Shown here piece after piece: positions 13,301-25,993 of a DNA stretch of 64,000 nt. The notes beneath the pieces were generated by a model. It was not told the DNA's origin, did not search any database, and saw only the letters and a program-made list of their open reading frames with translations. Source of the stretch: Heteronotia binoei (lineage: Eukaryota); assembly GCF_032191835.1 (NCBI RefSeq), contig NC_083229.1:73470001-73534000 (forward strand), written 5' to 3'. How positions within the stretch are numbered: position 1 is the stretch's first letter; every line of letters begins with the position of its first letter. A program made the translations under genes and the position numbers.

Positions 13301-15946
13301 TTATAATTTTTATTGATTTTAACTACAAAAAGAAGAAGCACAAGCATAGATACATTAGAGAGGGGAAGTATATACAGAATGGGAAAAACAGAAACAAAGA
13401 AGAATACAAATATATCAGTTATAATTCTACCTCCAAATAAAATACCCAATTCTTTCTACCTGCAAGTATGAAGCTCTCCATATATTTTACCATCTTTGTC
13501 TTTCATTATAATTTTTTTTACTAAACTATTACTTGAAATACAAGTCTAAACAATTCTTCTTCAACATAGATAAGTATAAAAAAGTCAGAGCAGTCTCAAC
13601 ACAAAACTGGCTGACTGAGCTTAACCATATTGAAAGCACAGACAAACTTATTAGTTTAACAATATCATCATTAAAATAAGAATATAAAATTCATATCTTT
13701 ATCCTTAACAAGCTAAAAAAAATACAACATAGTAATTTATCTATCTCATTATAGACAGTTTTTCCAGACAAGCGTACTAAAATCTGCCAGATTACAAAGT
13801 AATTGTGCTGTCTGCCTTCTTAACAATTGATCCAAATAACTATTTATTTATATAACATTTTGAAGACCCTTCTTCCTTAAAATTCTTCTCAAAACTTATT
13901 CATTCTTTAACTCTTATATCCCTATTGTTTTAGGAAAAGCAACTTAATATAACCCAAAAATCTCCCTTGACCTTTAAAAATCACATACCAGTTCTTATTA
14001 AGAGTTCCATATCCAACTACCCACAGAGAGAGAGAGAGAGAGCGACAATTCAAAAACACTTCTTCCTAAAAAATTCTATATCCTGATTTTTGGCTAAGAT
14101 GCACCTTCTCTCTCCTTAATACAATCTAAGACAAATATCTTTATCCTTAACAAGCTAAAAATAGAGCACAATAATTTGTCTCATTATAGACAATTTCTTC
14201 TGACAAACATACTAAAAGCAGATCTATCAAATTACAAAATAATTGTGCAGTCTACCTTCTTAACAATTGGTCCAAATTAACTATTTATTTATATAACATT
14301 TTTGTAAAACTTTTCCATCTTTAAAATCTCACTTATCCTTTTGAAATCGCATATCAGTGCTCATTAAAAAATTCCATATCTAATTGCCCACAGTGGGAAC
14401 AATTCAAAAATCTTTTTTCCTCAAAGATTTCCACATCTTAGTTTTACTGCTTAATTCAACCATATGCAGAATACGGATTAGCTTGTTAGCTTAACAATAT
14501 CGTCATTATAATAAGCATAAGAAACAAATATCTTTATCTATTAAAAGCAAATTTACCAGATTACAAAATAATGATATTGTCTGCCTTCTTAAAAGTTAAT
14601 CTAAGTTAACTATTTTTACATAAAATTCTTTTCAAAACTTTTTAGTCCTTTAGTTTTTATATCCATATTACTCTAGGAGAAACAACTTATTATAGTCCAA
14701 AAATCTCACTTAGCCTTTTAAAATCACATATCAGTTCTTATTAGAAGTTCCGTATCCAACTATCCACGGAGAGAGAGCTAGCTAGTTCAAAAACCCTTCT
14801 TCCTGAAATTTCCACATCATGATTTTTTGGTTAAGATGCACATTCTTTCTCCTTAACACAGTCATCCCTCTCAGTAAAAGTAGGAAGAATTGCACAGCCT
14901 TTGTTCCTCTCGACATAACTTCAATCAGTCTCGATTTCCGGTCTCTCTTTTTAACTGCACCATAGGGTTCCATTTTGGTTTTCTTTTGTTAGTTTCCCAG
15001 CAGATCACTCTCCCTTTTCACTTCCACAGACGTCACCAGGTTCTCTTTAACACTCTGCTTGTGTAGACTTGAGATTTCACTAGCTTTCAGCACAAAAGCT
15101 CCCATTTGTTTCTTAATCAACTCTGTTAATGAACCAAGATCCTGCTTCAGAGAATTTATGCTGCTTAAAATGTCTTTTTTATGAAAGATTTCACTTGGCA
15201 AAGCCATTTTTCTCTGTCAACAAACTCAGTCTATTAATCTAAGTTGAAAAGGAGCTCAGAGACCCAGATAGTCTGTCTTTCCAAATCTCCTCCAGCTGAG
15301 ATTTTGAGTGTTAGCATTTCAATTTCAATCAGACAACAAAGAGAAATCTTTCTAAAATATATCTCGTTTTTGTTCAGACCATATTGCAGCCAAATAATAG
15401 CCTCTTTAACAGATATCCAATTATAGTCCAGGTCGATTTAAGTATCTATATTCAGATTAATTCAGATTATTTCCAATGTTTAAAAATGTTCTTTAACTTT
15501 TCGAAGCCTCATTCACAGGGAAAGTGGAGATGTAATCAACCTCTTTCCCTTGCTTTGAACTGACCCGCTTGTTGTTATGTAAAACGATCCATTAGCAAGT
15601 GGTATTGAAAGCACTTACTTGCCACGTAGAATTGTCATGCTTGAGGTAGAGAAGCGATAGATCAGAAGCTTAGTGAGAGAAAGAAAAGCAAGCGATCGGG
15701 TGTTCACCTCTTTCTGCTGTATTGGCTATCATGACGGGGAGCTTCGGGGCATACAAGAAGAACAGGAACAGCCGCTGCTGCGCCCCTGACTTGCTGTAAA
15801 ATTTCCATGCCAAAATAAGACCCCTTCATGGTCTCTTTGGGGGTGTCACATCTGTGGCATCCCTCCACCAGCCTGATTCAGAGGGGCCATGGCTGAGACA
15901 ACCTGCGGACCCTGCTGAGCTCAAGGCGACATAACCCGGAAAACCA
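13301..15946 (-). mobile_element. 2.6-kb non-autonomous L1-dependent (HAL1-like?) retroelement with internal triplication
   Basis: 16-bp direct repeat GAAATC(G/T)GTTGTGATT at 13285-13300 and 15947-15962. A-rich 3' end (AAAATCAATAAAAATTATAA). The 5' end TGGTTTTCCGGGTTATGTCGCC resembles non-mammalian L1 starts. It interrupts a TAGGGTTGCC-family repeat and has no long ORF. Confidence 0.65.
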
Positions 15947-16984
15947 GAAATCTGTTGTGATTACAGGAGATCTCCAGCCTCCATCTCGAGGCTGGCAAGC
16001 CTAGAAGGAGAGAAGGAAGCAGAAAAAGGGGAGAAACTATGGGGCTTTTAGGAAAGGGAAAAAAAGGAAATAGTGGGAGGTGAGGAAGTGAGATGTCTCC
16101 TGCAAGTCCTCAATTGTTCTTTTCAGAATTCCTGTGAGATGCTGATATTCTTAAGGGATTTGGGATTCAACATATACAGTATCTAGGACAGATTGAATTA
16201 ATGAGATAAATCAGGACACAATTTCTGATTAGATACTGATTAGAAGAGGTAACTTCATTTATTTAGGGCAGTTCTTTTCAGACATGTAATGGAACATAGA
16301 TGGGGAGGAGCTGTGTATAATGTTAGGTCTCAGATACTACGATCAAAAACTACCATTCAGCCATCCTCTGTTACTCAGTTCTTAAGTTGGAGGTTTTCTG
16401 TTCTGACCTTAAATAATAAGAAAAGGAGTCTGATGCAGCAAGAATCTTAATATTAAGATATGAAATAAGTTAATACTTTTATAGAATGGTTGCTGGAAAA
16501 TTATATGAATACTAATAAAGCAAAAAAAAAAAAATCTGTAGCAGAGTACATGTGGAAAATTTGTTACTGTATGAATACAGTTAAGGGAACACAGTCTTCC
16601 CTGTATTTAGATTTTAATTTAGAAAATGTATATGCTATCTTGCCAGAGACCTGCCCTTCCAATTTCTACATAACAGCATTGTACCATTGAAGCAATAGAC
16701 AAAGCTCTGTGTCTGGCTAGTTAAAGTATAACCACTAGAGCTGTGATTTCCAACTGGGGTATCATGAATGCTTTGAGAGTAGGTTATTAAGTTGCCTGCA
16801 GTATAATACAGCTGGCCCATGGAAAATTGCTTCTGGGTCAAGGCTGGGATCAGCAAGTAGGTCCTTAAAAGAGAATTCTTTTGATGGGCTTCTTGTCAAG
16901 AAGTTTAGAAATGATTATATTATAGCAAATTGTTGGTTGTATGACTTCAGGATCTCTTGATTGACATGGATTGTTTGTTTGGCT

Positions 16985-17740
16985 TCAGGCCTGGTTTTGG
17001 AACTGAAGCTGTCTTGATGACCGTGGCTGAAAACCTTTGCTAAGAGGCAGTAATGGTCTGGGTGAGGGCCAGTAAATTGCAAGGGGGAATGAGACCTGCT
17101 GAATCAGACCAGTGTTCCATCTGGTCCAGCATCCTGCCTCACATAGTAGCAAACCAGTTGCTCTGGAGAGCCAACAACAGGGCAAAGAGACCAAGATCTT
17201 TCCTGATGTTGCCTTCTGGCACTGGGTCTCAGATGAATTCTGCAAGTTGATAATAGGGCAGGTGAGGTTTGTGATGTCATCCTGTTCTAGGCAGGGTTGC
17301 ATTCTCAATTAAGAAGCAGGCTTGCAGTTTGGGTGTTCAGTTAGATCTGAGGCTACAGATGAAAATGCTTTTAACTATCCTGGGCTTATTTGCCAGCTGC
17401 AGCCTCTCTGTGAGAAGTATGATCTGGCCACAGTAATTGCACTAATTGCATTTAGATTGGACTACAGCAGCATGCTTTCTGTGGTCCTCAGAAAATTGCT
17501 TGGAAGCCTCAACTGGTTCAAAATATGGTATTTGGGCTGCTGGAAGGTATGAGCTAGAGACCACATCTCAGCTGTTCTAAAAAGTCTTCACTGACTTTGC
17601 TTCTCGGTACAATACAAGGTTTTGGTTATTATCTATAAAGTTATACACACTATGTGAAGTAGCGTTTTACACTGTAGAACCTTGCTTGCCATCTGAGGTT
17701 ATTATCAGAGGCTCTGCTTTGTGTGCCCTTACCTTTGGAA
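16985..17740 (+). mobile_element. Degenerate L2-type RT fragment interrupted by a CR1 3'-end fragment (about 17085-17225)
   Basis: Remnants of RPGFGTE and of KL.LVQN...DHIS.VLKSLH...YKVLVIIYK. Confidence 0.65.
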
Positions 17741-17902
17741 ATGAAGCATATGAACACCAGGAACAGGACTTTTGTACTGGTTTTTGCAAAGGTTGTGGAA
17801 CACCTTCTCCACAGACACAGACACTCCTCAGACACTTTAATGTGCCCAATCACACACACACATCTACCCCCCCCCCCGAGTCCCACCCTACCTACCCTGT
17901 CT

Positions 17903-18006
17903 GAGGACAGGCTGGGATCAGATTAAATAGTTACCAGGAACAAGTTCCGAAAGAGAGGACAGGCTGGGATCAGATTAAATAGTTACCAGGAACAAGTTCC
18001 GAAAGA
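17903..18006. repeat. Perfect 52-bp tandem duplication
   Basis: GAGGACAGGCTGGGATCAGATTAAATAGTTACCAGGAACAAGTTCCGAAAGA occurs twice. Confidence 0.95.
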
Positions 18007-18029
18007 GAGGTTAGTTATAGAAATTCAGT

Positions 18030-18163
18030 GACCACACCCCCTGACATCATTGTTTCTACAAAAAAGCCCAGCGGGAACTTATGTGCATATTAGGCCATAC
18101 CCCCTGATGTAAAGCCAGCCAGAACTGCATTCCTGTGCATTCCTGCTGGAAAAAAAACCCCTG
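18030..18163. mobile_element. Partial copy of the same MITE family
   Basis: Shared body CATATTAGGCCATACCCCCTGA..AAGCCAGCCAGAACTGC. The octamer is mutated. Confidence 0.65.
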
Positions 18164-18907
18164 GGGTGGGTTGATATGAGGCAGAGGCAACAGGAAGGTT
18201 GGCAAGTAGGCAACAAAACAAGAGAGGAAGCAGGGATCGGAAGAGAAATGGGATTTTCCTCCCCTATGAATCCTCACAGGTCCCCTTCTTTTAAGTGCAA
18301 AACATGAATGTTTGAAAAGGGAGGGATCCCATTGTGTTTGTTTTTGCTTTGTTAGTTCTCTTCAGCAGGCCTCTGGAGAGATGGTACATATTTTTTTGTA
18401 AGAATTACTGAATGCAAGAGAAGATAATCACTTTACAATGTATAGTCTTTAGGTATAGCTAGAAGATATTCTACTCATAAGGAGGTCTTTGAAGAAGACA
18501 CATAAGTGAATGTGATTAAAAAATAAATGGGCAGAGAAGAGACATAAAAACAAAACTACCTGTTACATTCAGTACATGTAAAGAAGCTCTAACATCTTTT
18601 GTACAAAATGAAGAACAGCAGCATCAGGGGGTGCAGCAGGAGAAATGGAATGCTAGACCCATGCACACTCCAAAGCTACGTCACCAGCCCTGCTCTGGAT
18701 GTACAGTCATCCTTGACAATATGTAAGAAAAAGCCCCCTACTTTTCATACACATGGACATCGTGATCACCAGTATGGTTGCCAGGGTGCTTGGAGTTTTG
18801 ACTCGCACACATTTGCTCTAAGAAGTGGACTTTGCCCACGGTTTCTAAGGCTTATGTGGATACTATAAGCCTCAGCTTTGCAGCAGCATTCTACATCTTT
18901 GGATGGG

Positions 18908-19980
18908 TGTTAGCCAGAACTACAGACGAGATTCCAGCTGTTCCTTGTGTGCCCAGTCTTGGCCGCTGCAGTGGAAGAAGCCACGCCACCATGAACTGTA
19001 CAGGCAAACAGTTTCCAGCCTGTTTCCATGAACCAAAGGCTAACACCACCAGAATCCATCTTGTTTTCCTGACTCCATATCCAACAGCTGCTTCAACTTC
19101 TGCATAAGGCAATCAAGCTCTTCTTAGGCGTGGATCCTGCCAGACTGCCTAAGCCTTTGTCTAACGGAACTCAAGACAAAGACTGATGCCAAGAGGAAGA
19201 CCATCTTCAGCCAGAGCCAAGTTCCTTTGTGTAAACCGGGTGTTACCTTAAGTAGCAATTTGGCCATCTGTTGTCACCTTTTTAGAGAAGTTTGGTAAAT
19301 TCAAGCACACCTCCACCCAGTAATTCCCTCCATTCTTTTCCTCATTTTGGAGCCTCACCCTGGTCCATTGCAACCTGAAAGTCCAACCAGGTACCCCTGG
19401 ACCAAGCTTGTTCATTGGTAAATCATGGGCACCCAATTAGGTGCCACCAATTAACTTGCTATTGGCTACTGCAGAAGTCCAGCCCTTATGGTCACTGCAG
19501 AGCCTCCCCTTTTCTGAGGTCATGTACCAGCTGACCACCTATCATCCACCCCTGTACCTCCCATCCCCTAAGGGATCAAGGTAGTCTATATAACCTGTAA
19601 CACAGTTCCCCACATGTGTGCTTCTAGCAGTATCCCAATTCCGCTGTCTAGATCCATCCTCGATTCTTAGGCCAAGTTTCGGGTCCCCTCTCCCATTTCC
19701 TCGCTCGTCGCCATTGGAGCCTTCCTCGAAGACTACGATAGGTAAATATCACCCTGTTCGTCTACCCATGTGTTCCTCTATATCTCTATCTATTTTTCTT
19801 GGAACTGTATGTATGATTTTATGAGTATTTTATCTTGTATGGAAGCCTATATTTTTCTGGAATAAATTTTAATTATTTTACTTAATTAGAGTCCCTAATA
19901 TTTTTAAGCATTAATTTCTGGACGTGGAATCCTGTATACACAGGTAAAAGATCCTGATTAAGCCAGGTGCCCACCTGACA
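18908..19980 (+). mobile_element. Possible solo LTR
   Basis: TGTTAG...CTGACA ends, CCAAT-type boxes (ATTGG), TATATAA near 19587 and AATAAA at 19861. No TSD found. Confidence 0.35.
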
Positions 19981-20409
19981 ATTCCCCAACCTCATTTTGA
20001 GAGCATTTTGGCTTACAAATATGCATCTGGAACCAATATAAGTGGATCAGCAGCCAGTAGATAAAGACTTGAGCCACACCTTACTATTTCTCCAGATTTT
20101 GACCTCCAAGGTTTTGTTATATGTTTTGTGTGTAATGTGTGGTTGAAAGGCAGAGTATAGACAAAGTAAATAAGAAAAGGATAAAGAATTTCAAAATCTT
20201 TTATATGAATTTAGGATCCAACAAAGAGGATTAAGAAGAAGGATAAAATGATCAGTATCCTTGGTCTTGCAAATCCAATGTGACATTTGACCCTTGGGAT
20301 GAAACAGAGCTTTTATCCAGGACTCTTTCCTTACTTACATTACATACATTAAGCTGCTGCCTTAAAGTAGATGTCAAAAAAGCAAGCACATGGGGTCCTG
20401 GGGGTAATC

Positions 20410-20934
20410 AAGCTCAAGCAAATGAAACCCCCAGTAAATAGTACATACAGTCTTCACTAATACTTTACCATGTAGTAGTAAATAATAATATCAAACAGAT
20501 ACCTCTCATATAATATCAAAACACACAGTAAGCAATGAACTTTCAATAATACAATTAGAAATTACACACAACAAAAATATACAAACATCCTCCAAATCCA
20601 TACTCCCAAGTCCATACTTCCATAAGTCAAAACTGTTCTCCTAAATTCTGTTACAAATTCTCTAGGTAATGGAAAAGTCTCTGATGGTGCTACTCATGGA
20701 GATTAAAGGTAATTGATGCAAAAGGTCCGGTTTCGGAATCTTGATCCACAGCTGAGCTCTCTCACAGAGCAATATCCTCTTAGTTCATCAGAGAGGAGAA
20801 AAAAATTTCAAAGATCAGAGCGCCCAAGCCTCAATTAATTTTTAAATGACCATCCTATGTCTTTCTTTCGGTGAACGCCCTACCTGCTGAGTACTGCATG
20901 TACTGTTTACTGGGGGTTTCCTTTGCTTGAGCTT
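20410..20934 (-). mobile_element. Probable Penelope-like remnant with inverted terminal arms
   Basis: 40-bp inverted arms at 20410-20449 and 20895-20934 with 3 mismatches. The minus strand has CTGATGA (near 20790) and CGAAACCGG (near 20730). Confidence 0.4.
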
Positions 20935-20952
20935 AAAGTAGGAGTCAGCACT

Positions 20953-21680
20953 AGGGATGGGCACAAACCAAGAAACAAACTGCGATTCGAGTACAAACAG
21001 GGCGGGTTCGTGATTCTTTTTGAACCGGTTTATCTGCTTGCATTATTCCTGAACAAAAAAATGAACTGCATTTTTCACGGTGGTTCATTTGGATCATTTT
21101 TGTGGTTTGTTCTGCAGACACCCTGGTGCTGATTCAGTCAATTCATAGGCAAAGCTTTGTTAATAGCTTGTTTGGCAGTTATGGGAGCCAACCATGGGGC
21201 TCCCATAACTGCTCTATGGAAACAGATTATATACCAATATAATACCACACCCTGAAGCAGCTGCCTTTTTTTTTGCAGCATGAAGAGAGAAGAATTAGTT
21301 CAGTTGTTGTTTGCTGCTTGGCTGATTTAGGGGAGGCTTTGAGGAACTCCTTTGCCTCACCCACCACAGTGGAACAGTTTTTAAAACACATCTCCTGGCT
21401 GGAGGGGTGTCCCTTGCTGTGGTTTTGGAGACTGAACCTGAAGCTAGAGCTGAGCTTTCCTTTCAGGCACCTACTTTGAGGGGCTATAACTCAGAGATCC
21501 AAAATCCAATCTTCACCAAACTTTGAGGGCTGGTGGAAGAGAGCATACTGAAGACTTGCTGTGAGTTTGGCATCTCTAACCTGCAAGGGGGCTGTTCTAC
21601 CACCTCCTGAACCAGATGAACCACAAGCCACTGGTCAGGCAATCAAATGAACCACCATTTCCCCAGTTCATGCCCATCAG
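20953..21680. mobile_element. MITE-like element (TAGGGATGGGCAC end family)
   Basis: Left end TAGGGATGGGCACAAACC, degenerate right end GTTCATGCCCATC, and GAACC/GGTTC subterminal repeats. Confidence 0.55.
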
Positions 21681-24600
21681 CATATTTATGGCCTACACAG
21701 AACAGGTCATCAATATAGTCTTTGCACAACATAAGTTTTCTTTGTCAGACTCTCTGATTTCTTTTCTCTTTTATCTTCAGTACACCTGTCAGCTGTGAAA
21801 ATAAAATTCTATAGAAGTCAAGGTTGCTATTTTTTTGTTCTAAATCTTGTTTTTTAAAAAAAATTAAATGTGAAACTGTCATATAAAAAGTAAACCAGGC
21901 TGTTGAAATTATATACCTGTATCCCAGAACAACTGGATTTTAAGACAGACAAAGATATATTGTTATTATCCATTCATTTTCTGAATAATACAGGCCACAG
22001 GTTTTTCAACCTAGTCATTTTCATTGTGAGTTCAAAGCTACGTGTAACAGCTTTTTGAAAAATGGCCTGTTGCTTAATTCTTTTATGGTGGAAAATTAAC
22101 CGTGAGTCAGACCCTATGACCCATGAGCAGAAGGTGCTTGCTGAAGTGGATCTTCCCTTCCTTCCCTTTCTCATAGCAGCACTGTGATCACTAAAAGATG
22201 GTGGGGGAGCACCATCTCGCAAAATGCTATGAAGCACTTGGGGCAGTGGCAAGAAGAGGAATTAAGTGAAATTACCCCTCACTCTTACATAAGTAGAAGA
22301 CTTTTTCACTGAGCTTATTCCACTCATGAGTCATTGGTGGCCTCTTGGTAACTCCATATTTATATGGAAACACTATTTATATGAACTAGTGTTTCCACAT
22401 CGGTAGTATACATGTGATTAGGGTTGCCAACAGGCCTGGGAAAATGTACTGCTTCTTGTGTTATATATGGAAATAGGTGCTGAAGCTTTTTATGGCGTAG
22501 AGGTAAATATCAACTGGTAGCTAACATCCCAGTCAAGATCTATAAAAGGAACAATTTTTTTTCCTCCAAGCAGCTGGCAATTGTAACAGTGATAGCGCTT
22601 TAGAGCAATGGCATTCTTTTAAACAACTGCTTCCAGAAAATGGTAGCTACACATAGAGTATCCAGGTGAAGGTCCCTGCATAGCATGTCCTGGTTTGGAG
22701 ACTAACAGCAACTGCACTTGTTCCCAAGATGATTGCGATGTTGGGAGAGCATCTTTTATCATGTACCTAAAATTACAAATTGCTTATATTATTAAAAGAT
22801 TTATCTTTCATTGTTCAATAATGCTTTTGCTTTGTGTGCTGTGGCCTGTTGTTAGAATTTGAATCTGTATTTTCAATTAAAATAACTGCTGTTTTCTTGA
22901 GAAAACCAAAAACATAAAAACATATTGGCAGACCTGGATAGAAATTCTTACATTAGTGGGGTTTCTTATGTAAGCAGTTCTTCATGTGATAGGTGAACAT
23001 GGAAATCAACACAGTTTAAAACTTCTCCCACAAATTATGTGAAGCACATATTCATCTTAATTTGACTAATTGGCATAATGTATTCCAGATGCAGAATATG
23101 GAAGTCTTTAGTATAGAATTTTAGATCTGTCATCTCCTGAGGGGCCTTTTCACATTATACAGGTTTGCCAATAACTGTACACTAATCATAGCTAATCACA
23201 GCTCCCTGACAAGTTCACACTTTACATTTTTAAGTGCGTGCTCAAAACATCTTGAATGCACAACTGAAAATTTGAACTAGGTTTCAATGGTGAAATTATT
23301 AGAGATTTCGACAAGGATGCTGTACTGTCTACCAGATTGCAATGGATACTATTCAGTATTGGATAGATCCTTTTTTCTTCTGTAGATCATTAAAAAATCT
23401 TTTAATTCACTTTAACAGTACACAAATGCACATTTCAAGTACATCCAATTTTATTTAACTTTTACAATGGTGGCACAAAACATATATTGTACCATAAACA
23501 TACAAAGCTGGATTTTTTTAACAAATAAGCACATATATCTTAGAAGAAGAAACTTCAAGAATTCCCTTGCACTAACCGATCACTAGTTCTAGTGAGGGTC
23601 AGATTTATAGGGGCTCTTAAGTTCTGAAGGAGTGAGAAATTAGTTGAATCCTTAAAGGCTGATGGATCCTGATGATTTCTCAGAGAGTTTTCTGTTGTCA
23701 GGTCATGCTCTTGTTGAAGTCTTGGTCAGCTTTTAAAACATGGACGAGACCTGGGTGCTTGAGTAAATATTTCCTGGATGTCTTCTCCCATGGATTAGAG
23801 TCTGAAATCAAATGGAGGAAATCTCAATGTGAGTCCAACTCAACCTGGGCTTCCCTTATTGACCATTCTTGATAGTATTATACTACTGTTGCATCTAATT
23901 AGTGCTTTCCAGATGAGTGTTTTATATTCTAAGGGAGCTTCTTCAAGTGGGGACTGTGCATGGTCTTTTTGAACGTTTTCCAGTATGCTATTACTTGTTT
24001 GCAAAGTACTTTGTATGCTAAAGTTGCTTGTATCCAGTGCAGCCTTGAAGCTCTATTAGGTGTATTAACAGCTCTCAAATGTTCCCTTAGGCTTAGTGGC
24101 TACCTGCTTCGATAAGTGACAGTTACTGCTGCCAGATTATGTGGACTGGATGTTTGGAGGGGTGTTGCCTCCCACTCTTTTAATTGACTGTTCTTGACTG
24201 ATATCTGGTTAGGAGGAAGAAGTGACCCATTGAATCTGAGAGGAGCTGAATGCCACATTAAGGAAGATGCAAGCAGTTTTGCCAATGATTGACCTGTTAG
24301 AAATCCCCCCCCGCCCCCTCTTAGATAAGGTGCTCAAGCAAAGGATGGCTGCTCAGGTATTTCTGAATGGAACATTTTAACCTGATTTCCTTTCCACTTT
24401 TAGGACTGAATAGCGTTGGCCATTCTGGTAGGAGAAAAACAGAGATAGTGTGAATCTGTTAAATCTTCCTGAGCTTTAAATGTGTTTTGATTTAACTGAA
24501 TATGGCTGCAGTCAAACAAGCTGTTTGATCCAATGTCACTGTTGTTTGTTTCCAGATTTAAAGTACACAATCAAACAGTGATATCTTCCTCCTGTTCCCC

Positions 24601-25419
24601 AGTCATTGGCACCCTGTTCTGACCTGTCTTCAAATTGGAGTTCTTAGCAACTGATGAAGGTTCAGTTTTTACGGATGTCAGCACTTTTACTCTGCATTAC
24701 AGATGTCTGAATTCCCGTTGTGAACTCAAGGCATTTGGGAAGTGTGAGCTTACCATTCTGCTGCTTTTTAAAAAATCAGGTAGTGATTTGCCCATAAGTT
24801 GATATTTGTGCCCGGGGTTTTGAATCCTCGTTTGTGCATTTCTGCACCCAACACTCTGTCAAGGTTGGGAGCCCCTGGGGGAGTTGTTTTTGAGTGACAG
24901 CTCCCCCCCTCAAAGAAAAACCCCTCCTGTTTCTTGGGGTTGGAAAGCCATGGAAATAGTTCCTAGTTAGGCTCCCATATTGGCAGAAGGAAGCTTGCAA
25001 CCCTACTCCCTATCCCACTTCCCCCATGCAAACTGTGTTAGCAGAAAAAGGGTTGCTGTTGGGGAGCATCCCATGCTTGACACAACAGTAAATGTACTGA
25101 AGTCATTGGGGCTGCTCTCATGTAAATCTGCATGATGCTTACACCCCCCCCCCCCATTTTTTCCAAGGAAGTGAGGTAATATGAAAGAGGCTGAAGGGGC
25201 CACAGTACTCGGCACAGGGATTGTGGAGCTGTCAAAAAGGAGAGGAACTTCAGATACATGCTTATGCACGTGTGTGAAAGAAAAAAAAAGTGGCACAACA
25301 ATCTGAATGATCAGCCATGGGACAAATGTACAGTGAAGCCAGTTCAGGATGGGATGTTTGATCAAAAGGTGTAATTAGCGGCATGGCCAGGTCACACCAA
25401 GCCCGTAGTCTGAGCGCAG

Positions 25420-25612
25420 CCCATGATACCTTTCTGGATTGCTTAGTTAGGACAGGTGGAAGGTTGTGCTAGAGAAGTATTATCTTCCTTGATGGCCTTT
25501 GTATTACAGGGTGTCACAGGTTTCCGTTTTAAATCACATTCTTGCTAGGTTGTCATCTAACCCATCTGTGGCAGTGGATGTTCTGAATAGGTGCCTGGAG
25601 TTGATAAGGGGC
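25420..25612 (+). mobile_element. Old L2/CR1-group RT fragment, left part of the host of the RTE-X-like insertion
   Basis: Degenerate RT sequence ending AVDVLNRCLELIRG, which continues after the insertion. Confidence 0.65.
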
Positions 25613-25993
25613 GGTGATTAACATGTGGAATTCACTGCCACAGGGAGGTTGCTTGTTCTCTGCTCTCCGTGAGACTCTGCCTTTTGTCTTTCTTTCTTCT
25701 ACGCTCCCTCAAGGTTGTCCTGGCAGGGAGTGGACTTGTTTAATGTTACATGGTTTCCCTGCTCTTTGGTCTAATAAGAGCCTCTAAAGCTTAGGAGCTG
25801 CTGTTTTCGCCTTATTTACTGCGGCTGTTATCTGTGGTGTGGTAGCGAAGGATTTATGGCCTTGGCCTACAGCAGGCAAAATCATTTCCTCCCCCACACC
25901 TTATGAAGATACTTGTGTGTGGACAGTTGTCTTTTCCCTTCAGTGTGGATAGTCATAAGATAAGAAACTTAAACAGCTTAAACAGCCCATTAA

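Noticed and set aside
18908-19980. Full endogenous retrovirus
   Set aside because: No PBS, gag or pol and no TSD. Kept only as a low-confidence solo LTR.
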